DNA from: Asterias rubens
Lineage: Eukaryota
Direction of reading: 5' to 3'
NCBI RefSeq assembly: GCF_902459465.1
Contig: NW_022985717.1
Coordinates: forward strand, 62,001 to 126,000
DNA: 64,000 nt
Each line of letters opens with the position of its first letter. Position 1 is the first letter of the stretch. Of the stretch, positions 1 through 15,825 are shown in pieces. The translations under genes were made by a program, and so were the position numbers. The notes under the pieces were generated by a model. The model searched no databases and had not been told where the DNA came from. It was given only the letters and a program-made list of their open reading frames with translations.

Positions 1-1539
1 CATAAGTCATGTTCAGATTGGAAAAACATTAGCAGGGATATCCAATCCCAAGGATAGCTGGATGAGTTTTCGTCAAGGTTAAAAAGCATCTCGGTTCTTT
101 CCGTCGGACTACGCATAATGAGCAGCTTCAGTGATTCAACACACTCTCGATTTAATCCACAAAATTGAACAGCGCGGCTATAACTTATTTTGTTATCATG
201 CAACTTCGGCACCCATGCCTAAAGCTTCTTGGACTTTGGACATTTCTTTTACGCATGAACAATAAGGGCCATTAACCAATCTGAGTGTCTGTGTAGACTT
301 CAGACAGAATCTTGGTAATACGGAGAACTTCAACAGATTTTCCATAAGAATTCGAAAATTGCCAATTTCACAAAACAACGGGGACTTCGAACCTACACAT
401 TTTTTCATAAATCATATAGCACCACGGCACTGATATTGCCTTAAACAAAATCGTCCATTCTTAAGTAGTTTCTACGCAGACTAATTGCTTGCACACATTG
501 AAGACTCTCAGAGGCAAACCATTACGAACTCCAAACCCATATTATACTCCTATTTTGGACACCGCTTTCCAGGCCGCCTTTTTATCTCACATCTCCCGGT
601 GGCTGGTGGAGAGTAATTTGACCCACTTTAGGCACTTTACACCAGGGAAATTAGCGAACATTGTATAATGAATGATGGATATATGATAAATTGAAATGAT
701 ACCGCTAATGGATGCCTGACGACTGCACATTGCCTCACAAAGTAGTATAGCAAAGTTTTTTTCTTTTTCTGAAGTGTGGAGAATGGTGATTGATTCAAAT
801 GACATGACGACACCATGTATTATATGCCTACAGCATATTGGCGATGTTTATGATCAGTGATCGTTCTGTGTATATGCATGGCTTGCCATGCGTACACGTT
901 ATAATTAGCAAACGGTACTCAGTGATGTTAACATCATTGAAATGCTCTTTGTTGCACTTCTGCCCAGAAGGAAGTTTGCCTTATATAGTTGGACAGTAAT
1001 AACATGAGATCATTACAATTAATTGAAATTGTGGCAATTGGACCGTTACACTTCAGAGGTTTTAACCTCTCAAATTGACGTGCTTATTATGGTATTAAAA
1101 TATTGTAATAAGCATGTCAATTTGAGGCCCGATGAAACCCACGATGAAGAAATACATTTTTAGAAAGAAAATCTCAAAGGAATCTCCCCGAGAAAACGAT
1201 ATTTGAAGCAGTGAAGTGGTTTAAAGTTTTGGCCAGGTGTGTTAAAGGAGATTATCTGATTGCATCTGATCATTGTATCATGCGTTGGCTAATTGGAGAG
1301 CTTGAAATGTTAGGTGGCAGCAGACTCAACAGATAAATTTCCATTGATTGTGTAGTTCTGAGCATGCGTACATTCTCGAGAGCCATGGTTTTACCTGGTC
1401 AGTCTGCTGCCACCTAGCGTCACAAACGTGATATTTTAACTCATTATAATCTCTGTGGATCTGAGTTTAAAGGTAAACTTCTTAATCGCTAACACATAAA
1501 TAAAAACGATATAAATACTTGTTTTCATTCTGTTGTCAG

Positions 1540-3798
1540 ATCCTCCGTCTTATAAATCGGTGATGCAGGAGCTTCGAGACGCAAAGAAGACGTCGAGTGG
1601 CTCAGTGGACCTAGCTACCAAGGTCTTGACTATACTCATCAATACGGGTAAGAAAAGGTTCATAGGCTACAAGCAAAAATCCACTCTCTTGACCGAGGGG
1701 GGTCAGTTTCGCTCTGTTGAGAGTGAAATTTAATTTGTGTCACTTATTTTGAGTGAAATTGTAACGAACTTCACTCGTAAATCGAGTTGAAAGTACCCAT
1801 CTTTCACTCTAAACAGAACTGTCCGCCGAGCTCTATGCAACAACGGGTGGTTTCGGTTAGCAGGAATTGGGGTTTTGAACACAAACAATAATTAACACCT
1901 TGCGCTAGCACTTTTTTTGTGTTACGTTACCACGTAGCATAATTTAAATTGATCAGTAGTTTCAGCATGTTTGACATTGCGTGGTAAGCTGTTCCAAAGA
2001 TGCACAGCAGGAAGGAGCGAGAACCATAGGAAGTACTTGTGATACCTGGGGCCGATAGCAGACTTTTGTTCTTTGAACGTGAGATTTCTAGCCGGTTGAT
2101 AATGATGAATTAATCCTGGGGATAAAGGCCTATCTGTTTAAAATAGTTCTACTTCGTTTACCTTTCAGTACTTTTCACGGTGTTGATGGCTGTGGTACTT
2201 GCTGTACCGATTGCCATGGTTATCGTGGGTAAGTAGGAACTTGAAACCGTTAATTGAAACACGATTCAAATTGAAGAATTTGAGAGAGTTTTAAGCGTGG
2301 CAGCATGGACAAGTTACACAAAATGATTGCTGCCGATATCAGGAGATTCTGTCTCCAATACGGCGCATACTGTGTATATAACTTCTTCTTTTGAATCATC
2401 ATCCTCCTTCAGCTCATTTCGCATAATTGGGGAAGAATCTCCGGGAGGCTATAGTATAGAATTTCCATCCTCAAAAATTTTCCTGATTTTTTTAAGGTTC
2501 CCTTTTTTAATCGATTTTAGAAGAACAACATTCCCCCTTTAAAAAACACTATACGACAGTGGAAATTTTTATGTACAGAAACAAAAGTGGTCTCCGGGAG
2601 ACAGGTATCCCTATAATTATAGTGACACTGGTGCAAAACACAAAATACTAGTTTTAACCTTATTCTTCCCTTCTCCCCCCCCCCCCTCCCCCTTTCATTT
2701 TTTTCCACCAGGTGCTATTCACGTGAATGACTGCCCAGTCCAGAGCCATATACCCGTCTTTCTGATCGTCTCTGGGACTATCTACATCATCAAGACGCTT
2801 TTGGATCTGTGTGTCAGGGTTAAGAAACAACGGGAAGGTCAAGACGCTGACTTCTCATTCAACGCACACAACTCCGTCAGCAGGGTCTTCGCTTGTGTCC
2901 TTCTCGTCTTCTTCATCCTGGGTAAAACAAGACATAATCAGTAAATTTTGGTGTGTGGGTTAACAAAAGGGAGGGAAGGGAGATCAACATTCAGCACAGA
3001 CACTATTTTAGCCATCAGTGCACTGCAAAAATGCGGTATTAAAAGGAACATCAAGTGTTTATATACCGATGAGAGAATCGAAATTTTAAAACAGCTTTGT
3101 TTCGTCAGGAATTTGGGGGCGTACATTTCTATTCTTTGTTGGTGGCATCTGTAGGCCTATGTGACAATATTGACCTTTATCATTCTGCCTCCATCTTGGT
3201 CATGTTTCCCGTATCGAATAACAATAATGAATGCTAAACAATAATTTTGCAATTAGGAACATAACTAGTTTGTTCTTCCAGCCTCGGTTTGGTAATATTG
3301 ATATCAATGAGGGAAATTCAAGATGGCTGCACCATGATAAATGTCTAAACCCATGTGGCATTTTAACACCACAGTTTGTTGCACTTGTGAGTGTAGCTCT
3401 GTTCTGTCAGATTTTGGGGTTCTGGGGTGAGCTGTATGAACAGACAACGTGAGCAGTTTGACAGAAGTGAGTCAGGCCTAAAGTTTACAACATATTTGTT
3501 TTATATCAAACGGCCCTCGCCTTTGTCGGTTACAGTACTGTTAGAAACTTAGGATTTTGAAACCATACTGAAACGTTGTGTCATGTCTATCGTAATGTTC
3601 TTCGTATCTCTTACAGGTAACGTTTGGGTGTACGGCAACTTCAAACCCGACGAGGATCCAACCAGCCCTAGCTACTGCCACCCAACTGTGTATTACTTTT
3701 CCTTCTGGCTGCTCACACTAACCTACATCGTCTTGATATTCGGATGTTGCTGTGCATGCTGTACCGTCTCTGTTGTGGGGATTGGATTGATCTCATAA
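1540..3798 (+). CDS. TMEM272: TMEM272-like multi-pass membrane protein, 5'-incomplete (exons 1540-1647, 2169-2228, 2712-2921, 3617-3798)
   Basis: Four AG/GT-bounded exons join in phase 1: (D)PPSYKSVMQELRDAKK...INT|VLFTVLMAVVLAVPIAMVIV|GAIHVNDCPVQSHIPVFLIVSG...FFIL|GNVWVYGNF...YCHPTVYYFSFW...IGLIS*. The PIAM..G...CP..IP.FLIVSG and GNVWVY...YC..T.Y.FSFW motifs are typical of the TMEM272 family. The start-codon exon was not located. Confidence 0.82.
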
Positions 3799-4334
3799 AG
3801 ATGCGAGGATGATGGGAGGTCAGGGGTCGATTACACACAGAGTTAGGTTAGGACTAGTCCTATAGGAGATATTAAATACTTGAGGCTAGTCCTAGTCCAC
3901 CCGGGTAAAAGTCAGAAAGCAGGACAGTTCTTTTCAGAACTGAGAAGCATCCCAAACACTTGAATAATCTACTCCGCGGTAGAAGAATAAAAAAAGATAG
4001 TTTTCTTAGAACAAACTCTACCTGGCAATTAGATACACACATGGTGTAATATCGCAAACCAAATATATAAGGATTGTTCAGTTTTAGATTTGGGAGCAAA
4101 ACCCCTAAAGGAAAACCCTACTCTGCAATCGCACTCTGGGATGTTCCATAGATGTGTTTATCTCCATTTTTATTATGAATTTGATCTAGTTTATAAAATA
4201 CAATAATAAAAAAACAAAATAATTAATTTTGTCTTTTTTTTTTGGGGGGGGGGGGGTGCAGTCAGAAAAAAACCCTGAGCTTTTCAGTTAATAAACAGAG
4301 AAATCCCATCCCTGTGTAATGCACAGATACTGAC

Positions 4335-4491
4335 CTATAGACCAACTAGCCTGGAAACCAGTGCCTTGGTTGGATGCGTCACTTCGGAACCTGATTCTGA
4401 TGACGTTGAGGGAAGAGACGATGGTAGCTGGAGCCGTGGTTCCAGAGTAGGTACCGATGAGGGTGTCGTTACTACTGCTCCCATCATTCAC
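4335..4491 (-). CDS. Isolated exon encoding the C-terminal half of a CUB domain
   Basis: On the minus strand, ttttttaattgcag|GTGAATGAT...TCTATAG|gtcagt gives a 157-nt exon (phase 0 to phase 1): VNDGSSSNDTLIGTYSGTTAPATIVSSLNVIRIRFRSDASNQGTGFQASWSI, with the CUB consensus G.Y.G...P..I.S..N...+.F.SD......GF.A.W. No partner exons were found. Confidence 0.7.
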
Positions 4492-4562
4492 CTGCAATTA
4501 AAAAAGGATTTCATAAAATATGGTTCACGGCCTGTGCTGCCAAGTTCGTGAAAGCTCATTAA

Positions 4563-4919
4563 AGGCAGTGGACACTATTGGTAATTACTCAAAATAATTG
4601 TTAGCATGCAAACTTACTTAGTAACATGCAATTAAGAGCTGTTGATTGTATAAAACATTGTCACAAACGACTCCCTCTGAAGTAACATCGTTTTTTGAGA
4701 AAGAGTAATTCCTCACTCAAATATTTGAACTGATTTCGAAACCTCAGCTGAAAGCACACAACTATGTGTGACAAGGGTGTTTTTTCTTCCATTTTTCTCT
4801 TGCAACTTCGACGACCAATTGAGTTCAAATTTTCACAGGTTTGTTATTTTATAGCATATGTTGGGATACACCAAGTGAGAAGACTGGTCTTTGACAATTA
4901 CCAAAGGTGTCCATGGCCT
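4563..4919. mobile_element. Kolobok-type non-autonomous element (family A MITE)
   Basis: TTAA|AGGCAGTGGACAC...GTGTCCATGGCCT|TTAA. The internal sequence recurs many times in the window. Confidence 0.75.
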
Positions 4920-6996
4920 TTAAAGGCTCTTTAGTAACTCATCGAAACGAAACGTCGAGTTGAAACCAATGGTTCTTTTCAATACCACCCGACTCATCTA
5001 CATGGTGTTACCGCAAAACTTTCCATATCGTATTTCCAACATGCAAAGTTTCAAATCCTACTTAAGACTATAGCCTTAACTCTTTGTGAAATCCACCCGG
5101 GTCATTTAGTTGGAGTTGGAATGAGATGGAGGTTTTCTTTTGAGGATGGGGAGTTTCCTCAGACGACCTGAAAGGAGAGGAATCTGGCCTGAGAGTGAGG
5201 ACATCTTCCCTGAGAGTGTTTATCTTTTCTTAAAATTAATTTACAAATATTAAGTATAAGTTGCACGTTGGTTGTTGTTTATGTTGTACGAAACAAAGTA
5301 TTAAATGCACTGTATTAATTTGCTTGTTCTACACCCTGTAATGTTATCGTGGACTTTTTATAAGCTATATTATTTTAAAAGCTTTGTTTTATGAAAAAGA
5401 GTGTTTAATGCAATGTTTAACTTGCTTGTTCGTACAACTTAAATGTTATAGTGGACTTTTTAAAAGTTATCTTTAAAAGATGATCGGCTGTAGAACTGTG
5501 CGTCCTACCATTGTCATAAGCTTTTGGGTGGGGTGTTGAGGGGTGGGGCGGGGGGGGGGGGGTAGCGGGCAAGGGAAAAGAGTATAGTGTGTCTCCAGAG
5601 TAGTGTCGGTTTTCTGGTCGTGAATATTACACAACTTCAGCAAATCATAACTTGCCACTGGTTTGGGAAGAGTGGAATACTTGGGGATCGGGTGATGGGG
5701 TGCGAGTGGGGGTATCCAAATTGAATACACTGAATACAACATGACCCCTTGCTGTATGGGGTGCTCAAAAAAGTTTAAACTATTTTGTTTTTCAGCTGAA
5801 AGTACTATCACATCCATTTTGTCGAATCCCGATTATCTTGGTCGATGGGGTTCTTGGGGAGCGTCATTCCACTAAGTGTGGTGGCTCTTCCAGAGCTCCG
5901 TCTTATTCTACTTTCTCCCTGTCTGTTGATCAGCTATTTATTTCTAAAGCTCAGTCACCCTGTCAATATATATTTAATTAGAATGCTCGGTAATGTTTTC
6001 GCATGACGTGGTGTCATTTAAAGCTTTCTTGCCATCTTTTGTTTAAACTTTTACTGCAATTTTAGAATGTTTAATGTATAGTATATAATGTGTATTTTTT
6101 ATGAGCTAGGTCTGGGAGGGCACATCTTTTTTGATGACAGTTTTTGGACTTTTGCCCTTCCCTGGACGGCCTGTGCTTGTTTTATTGTTTTGCTTTTTTT
6201 TTTTTTTTTCCGAAGAATTAAAATAAAATAAAATAAAATAAATAAATAACCATTATTCAAAATTAAAGGTGTTTTTTTTCGGAATTGATTTGTCTGTGTA
6301 TGTCAACGAGATGACTTGGTATTGGACCCACACCTTTATGAAACATGTGTAATCCAATAAAACTTAAACAGCGTGTGTTTCAATATAGCAGTACTCATTG
6401 CGATGTTTTGTGGTATGATTGATTCATTGAGAAGCCGAGGAGTCTCGAGGACGGTCTCTCGTTCTGTTTCGCCATTGGGGAGAACTTTGACCACAACAGG
6501 GTCATAGTTATGTTTGAAACCGTTTAGAAATGTACAATATTTTAGGGTCACACTAGAAAAAAAGTCTTATATAGGCTTTGTGACTAAGAAAACAGGTTCA
6601 CGGAGCTAGGCGGCTACTTTTCTGTTATTAAAAAGTAGGCATAAGTCACACAATCTGATCTGACTTGCTGACTAAGCTAAGCCCTTGAAACTGAAAAGGA
6701 AATGATATACTGAGATTTGCTGTAACAACTGAAACGTGAGTTTTTTCTACTTCGAACCGCAACGATTTTTCATTCACGGAGAAATACAAAATAATCACGC
6801 GGGAACGTACACACCGTACACCAAAGTCGTCCAGCATGTTCGCTCGTCCCCAGTGCCTTGCTGACTGGCCACTGGGGCCGAGCGAAGCATAGGCTGCAAA
6901 TAGTATCACAAGAGGGCGGGCTCTAAATTGCCCTCTCTCAATTCTCTCGTCAGAAAAAGTAAAGTCACAACAAACTCCTCCATGAACTCCAGAAAC

Positions 6997-10368
<3,372 letters not shown>

Positions 10369-11335
10369 TGTAGTGGACGTTCTCTTTTTCTACAATCTTC
10401 TCGCTATGAACGGGGTCGACGGCTTCCCATCATAAACAAGTCAGTTGGTCCCTAGGTATTTCGCTCCAGTTCCATTTATCAACTTATTGTACTGATACAT
10501 ATATGAACATGTATGTATATATAGGTATGCTGTGCATATATATATATTTTTTAATGAGGCTGTTGACTATAACAGCACCTAATATTTAACGAGATACTTC
10601 AATTTGCTGAACTGTTAAGATTCAGATAACTAGTCAAATTATCATAGAATGTATAGGGTTAGTGACCGGTTCCCTTCCGAAGTGTGTCATACAAAATTGA
10701 ATCCGGGAAGTCTTCTGCAAAGCAGGTCTTTAGAATTAGGCTCCTACTTCTGTTTTCGCCCTTTTAGTAGTCATACATGTACCTCTAAAGAAATCCTTTG
10801 CTGGTTTCTAAGCAATATTTAGAGTGTCCAAGTTTGTGTGTGTGTAGTGCGTCATGTTAGAGAATGGAACCAGTGGTGTGTCTATGTATGCTCTGACGAG
10901 AGTGCGTATTCCTGGTTATCCAATACCTGTTTCGGTTGAAGTGGCCATTGGTACATCACTGGTCAATAATTGAAACAGTTTTTGATTCCAGCAACTCATG
11001 GTCCACTCATAGGAACTTCAGGCGTATTTTGACCGCAGAGCCATCTGTGATTCCAGAAAACAGTTTGTGGCTTAGTGGACTCGATTTGAACATGTTGAAT
11101 AGTTGAGCAGATTCCTGGTGTTCAAGCCACAGCGGAGAATTTGAGCCTAAAATTTTAAGCCTACAATTTCCCCCATCATAATAAAAAAAACATAGTACAG
11201 AGCCCTAGAAGTGCCATCTGATTCTTTGGGACCCTTAGCTACAGTTATCTTATGAAAAACAATTTCTGTTGCAGAAGTTTAAAATGACAATTTGCATTTA
11301 TTTGTCACCCAATCGTAACCACCTCTACAATTAAT

Positions 11336-11627
11336 CCATCCACATTTCTGTGTTCCCCGACTTGAGCATCTGTACAATCTAAGCTTAAACTGACCATCCA
11401 CATTTCTGTGTTCCCGAGCCTTATCTAAAGTACAATGGAAGCTTAAAGTGACCATCCACATTTCTGTGTTCCCGAATCTAAACTCCAGTACAATGGAAGC
11501 TTAAACTGACCATCCACATTTCTGTGTTCCCGAATCTAAACTTCAGTACAATGTAAGCTTAAACTGACCGTCCACATTTCCGTGTTCCCGAACCTAAACT
11601 CCAGTACAATGTAAGCTTAAAGTGACC
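11336..11627. repeat. Tandem repeat, 5 x 58 bp (subterminal)
   Basis: CCATCCACATTTC-type unit starts at 11336, 11394, 11452, 11510 and 11568. Reverse-complement remnants occur at 22803-22822 (20/20) and 22865-22881 (16/17). Confidence 0.92.
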
Positions 11628-12091
11628 AACTAAATTTTTCTGAATTTAAACTCCCAGGGGTCCAAACAACGCATCCTTGGCTGATTGGCCGTACGCATAA
11701 GAACCAGAGAAATGTATCAAGCATGATATGTAAATGACTTGATGACGGCATTCGGGTCACTTTTTAAAAACATCAGTGAATCTTTTTTAAACCTTGTTTT
11801 AGTGACACTTGGGTCTTTATTACACTCCAGCAAACAAGAAATTAAACATAAAGTTTATTTTTTAGTCTCATTCATGTACTTCCTTAAGGAGTTATCTCTA
11901 ACCACTTGACATAAGTGATCTTCTTGCTTTCATTGGTGAGGTAGAGACTGAGGCAAGTTCAACAAACCTGGCTGCTACAGAAGTTGTCAACTGCTCGCCA
12001 GTCTTTCGAATGTCTTCTGGGACATGAACGGTGTTTTATTTCCAGTAATTTGAGATTGATAGCCAACCTCTACATAATCATATTTTCTTAC

Positions 12092-12770
12092 CTGTTCCAT
12101 TAGCTGTATTCAGCTCTTGCAAGCTCTTTCGGTACCTCCTCCAAATTGATGTTTTATTCTCCACTGCTGGGAGAAGCCGTATCCATGGATCCGATGGCTT
12201 TATTGATGGCACTCAGCCTGGAATGGTCAGTGCTCTCTCCTCAGCAAACATCGTGACAAACCTCACGGCTCTCTCAATGTCTTAAAGGACGAATTTTCGA
12301 GTGTTTTGCTGAACCAACCGCTGTGCTTCTCCATAATTTCTATCCCATTGGCACCATAGTGCTTTGTCAGCTTAGTTATGTATTTGTCACTGACCCTTGG
12401 AAATAAATAAATGGTTTTGGTTTTAGATTCCAAATCCTAGAGTCGAAACAAATGTCTTAAAACTGTACAGGAAATAGGAAGGGGTAATTTTCCTTTCCAC
12501 CACATTTAAAATTCTTACCGACAACCTGGGTTGATTCTTTAAATGTATTTTCCAACTTACTTGTAAATGAAGCAATACGAGTCTCCACAGACTCGAAGCC
12601 CATCAACATGGTAGCCCATTGTAGATCTTTTGTGCTGCCGCTCTTTCTGTTTTTGTTTCTTGGTCTCCGTCATTGGTCCGGCTTGAACACCACTGGTGGA
12701 CAACTTCCCAAGCAAGAACATCATTTTCTCCCGTGGGTTAGGGGCATTCATTGCATCTTGATGCTTAGCT
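12092..12770 (-). pseudogene. Sola-type DNA transposase, N-terminal fragment (two exons: ~12770-12561 and 12395-12092)
   Basis: ...RSTMGYHVDGLRVCGDSYCFIY|KVSDKYITKLTKHYG...RAVRFVTMFAEERALTIPG*VPSIKPSDPWIRLLP...TSIWRRY. Canonical splice sites, one frameshift and one stop. It resembles the region upstream of the CWxC motif in Sola-like transposases. Confidence 0.55.
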
Positions 12771-13084
12771 ATGGCAGTGTACGTCCTGTATTTAACTGAA
12801 TGCCCAGGACTATCAGCGCGACCATCTCCTCCAATGGTCAAAGAGTAGCCAACACCCTTGACTATCTTCTTGATGCTTAGCTCTATGGCAGGGTACGTCC
12901 CGTATTTAACTGACTGCCCAGGACTATCAGCACGACCATCTCCTCCAATGGTCAAAGAGTAGCCAACACCCTTGACTATCTTCTTGATGCTTAGCTCTAT
13001 GGCAGTGTACGTCCCGTATTTAACTGATTGCCCAGGACCATCAGCACGACCATCTCCTCCAATGGTCAAAGAGTAGCCATCACC
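12770..13084 (-). pseudogene. Kolobok-type transposase first-catalytic-Asp exon fragment, 3 x 114-bp in-frame tandem copies
   Basis: GDGYSLTIGGDGRAD(G/S)PG(Q/H)SVKYGTY.AIELSIKKIV is repeated with an exact 114-nt period (12822, 12936, 13050) and is preceded by an AG acceptor at 13085-13086. Confidence 0.72.
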
Positions 13085-13299
13085 CTTGATAGATAGATAT
13101 ATAGCTACATAAATAAACAGATACACGAAGATTAGGCCTAATGGTGTATTATTAAAAATTTTAAAAAAGAGAGACATTACAATCAGAAGATTGAATTGCA
13201 TCTAAATACACTTACAACAAATCAATTACGAATTTATTAGAAAATTACAATAACAAATTTAAACACTACTACGCTTTCACTGGTACCCATGACAACCTA

Positions 13300-13895
13300 A
13301 AGCTCAGCGTACTCCCCATGAAAGGCATCCTCTTTAGAAATAACTTGGTACATGTTGCACTCCAACATATCCAATAAACCAGCAACATCTTCAATTAACT
13401 GGACAGTTTGGTCATACACAATGGTTTTTACAGTGTTCCATATGTCCAAGGCGTGCAAATGTGTAAACTCACTGAAGGGAAAAACAGTGTGACACTCATC
13501 GAGTATTTCTTTAAATGTCAAGATGGAAAGTCTACATGCATTCATGCTAAATCTTGACTTGCATACAAGTGGTCACTACTGTCTGTCAGTAATGTTCCTT
13601 TGTATTTTGGACACCTTGGTCATACACAATGGTTTTTACAATGTGCTATACACGCGTACTTCCAAGGCGATTATCATGCATGCAATTGATGTATATCGCT
13701 CACAAAACTCTCTTAACGGAAAAACAATGTAACACTCATTGACTATTTCTGTAATAGTGTCAAGTCGGAAAGTCCACATGCTAAATCTTGACTTGTGTAC
13801 AAGTGGTCACTATTGTTTGTCAGTAATGTTTCTTTGTATTCTTGTAGCTTGCTGTCTGTCACAGTAACACCTTGGCATTCAGCTGATCCTAGCCC
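13300..13895 (-). pseudogene. RecQ-like (transposon-associated helicase) C-terminal fragments, partly duplicated
   Basis: ...YKETLLTNNSDHLYTSQD...ILDECHTVFPFSE...IWNTVKTIVYDQ. These match the continuation of the RecQ-Zn segments at 16060-16330 and 19900-20270. Confidence 0.45.
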
Positions 13896-13899
13896 ATGC

Positions 13900-15825
13900 T
13901 GTGGGATGTTAACACCTCACGGTGTACTATCGGTGACAGCCTTCCTGATGGCATTCAAGCAACTCACTTGTGTTCGCCGATATCGCTGCTTAAACAGGCC
14001 GAAGCACCAATCAAGTTTTTATTATTATTATTATCTTTGACCCAAACAACGCAAAATGTACAGAAACAAGATAGCAGCTCAAAATAATAAAGATGTACAA
14101 AATATCATGAAAGCAAACACAACAAATATAAGATGAAGAGAATAAAAAAATTTAAAAACATGTATAAACATCTTAAAAGGGTCTATACAACATTAAAACA
14201 ACTAACCAAGGACGAACCAAAATGCAAAGTGCAAACTTTGTTTGGCCAACAACCATGAAGTACAGCTGGATGGATTTGTGGAGGCCACAATGCAGTCTCA
14301 AGCAAGTACATCAGCATGAAGCGGTTCTGGTTTTGGCCGCTGCATTTGTCAAAGTGAAGTTGAATATTAGATTTACCCAATCCATACTGACCGAGAAAGG
14401 GGTGGACGAAGCTTATGACGGCACTGCTACCTTTGGAGGAAACCACAGATTGTTCAACCAGGTAGTTTAACATGCTTGGTCACCCCTTCACAGTGCACAC
14501 CAAAAGTGCCCAGTTTCCTTGGAGTCGGGAAGTAGACGAGGCCAGGCTGCAAAGGGTCAGATGGATATAATGCATCTGCTATGTGAAGTCAATAGAATAA
14601 TGCATATTGATGGGTTTGCTTCATGGGTTGTTTGGTCCCAGACGAACTCCTTCCCCCTCTGCCGATTCCTTAGACTCCTTCACCAGATCCCTGTAGAATG
14701 TCCTCTCCATGGCCAGATTGGTGAGATGCTCCTGTTGTTTTCTACAGCGCTTCTGCTTCTGTTCATCGGGAAGGTTTGCAGATTTGTAGACTAGGTTGTT
14801 GTTTTTCTGACACTGCCAGCAAACATCAGACAAAAATTTTCAAAAAGTAATTACGGCCACATTGGTAAGATGGTCCTGTTGTTTTCTACAGCACTTCTGC
14901 TTCTGTTCATCGGGAAGGTTTGCAGATTTGTAGACTAGGTTGTTGTTTTTCTGACACTGCCAGCAAACATCAGGCAAAAATTATCAAAAGGTAATAACGG
15001 CCAGATTGGTGAGATGGTCCGGGTCCTGTTGTTTTCTGCAGCGCTCCTGCTTTTTTTCATCGGGAAGGTATTTGCAGATTTGTAGACTGGATTGTTATTT
15101 TTTTGACACTGCCAGCAAACATCAGAGATCAGTTTGCAGCAAACAATGAATGGACAGACCACATTCCAGATTTTTTGAAATGTTATCAGAGTTCTGGTTT
15201 TTGCCGCTTCCATTGTCACAGTGAAGGTGAACATTTGATTTCCCATCCCATACTCACTGAGAAAGTGGTGGACACCTAAAATGCCCAGTTCCTTGGAGTC
15301 AGGAAATAGACTGGGCCAGGCTGCATAGGGGCAGATGGATATAATGCACCTGCTGTGCGGAGTCAAAGGAATAATGCATATCGATGGGTCTGCTGCATGG
15401 GTCATTTGGTCCCAGATGAACTCCTTCCTGCTCTGCTGTTTCTTTAGATATGCTTCCTCAGATCCCGGTAGAAGGTCCTCTCCATGGCCACGTTGGTGAG
15501 ATGCTCCTGTTGTTTTCTACAGCGCTCCTGCTTTTATTCATCGCAAAGGTTTGCAGGCTTGTATACTAGGTTGTTATTTTGTTGACACTGCCAGCAAATA
15601 TCAGACAAAATGATCAAAAAGTAATAATGGCCACATTGGTGAGATGCTCCTGTTGTTTTCTACAGCGCTTCTGCTTCTGTTCATCGGGAAGGTTTGCAGA
15701 CTTGTATACTAGCTTGTTATTTTGTTGACACTGCCAGCAAACGTCAGAGATCAGTTTGCAGAAAAACATGAGTGGACAGACCACCACATTCCAGATTTTT
15801 TTAAATGTTGTCAGAGCAACCACCC
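13900..15825 (-). pseudogene. Sola-type DDD transposase central/catalytic region, degraded, with internal duplications
   Basis: In order on the minus strand: SDVCWQCQKNNNLVYKSANL (5 copies at ~146-150 bp spacing), MHYSFD.AQQVHY...QPGPVYF.TPR, SKGSSAVISFVH, LHFDKCSGQNQNRFML, GLHKSIQLYFMVVGQTKF, DWCFGLFKQRYRRT. Multiple frameshifts. Confidence 0.68.

Noticed and set aside
4936-4961. AACTC...GAAACGTC GAGTT and GTCGAAACGTCAGGCC (40674-40689) as additional hammerheads
   Set aside because: The CUGANGA core and stem II are missing; at most these are remnants of other Penelope-like families.
5473-5873. ORF 5473-5817 (-) and plus-strand frames with WEEWNTWG / LGRWGSW
   Set aside because: No coherent domain, exon chain or LINE ORF could be built.
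6336-6909. Minus-strand ORFs as a gene divergent from CHIC2 or as the start of the CUB gene
   Set aside because: No signal peptide, domain or convincing exon structure.
11336-11627. CRISPR-like appearance of regularly spaced repeats
   Set aside because: The entire 58-bp unit repeats with no unique spacers, the context is eukaryotic, and there are no cas genes.
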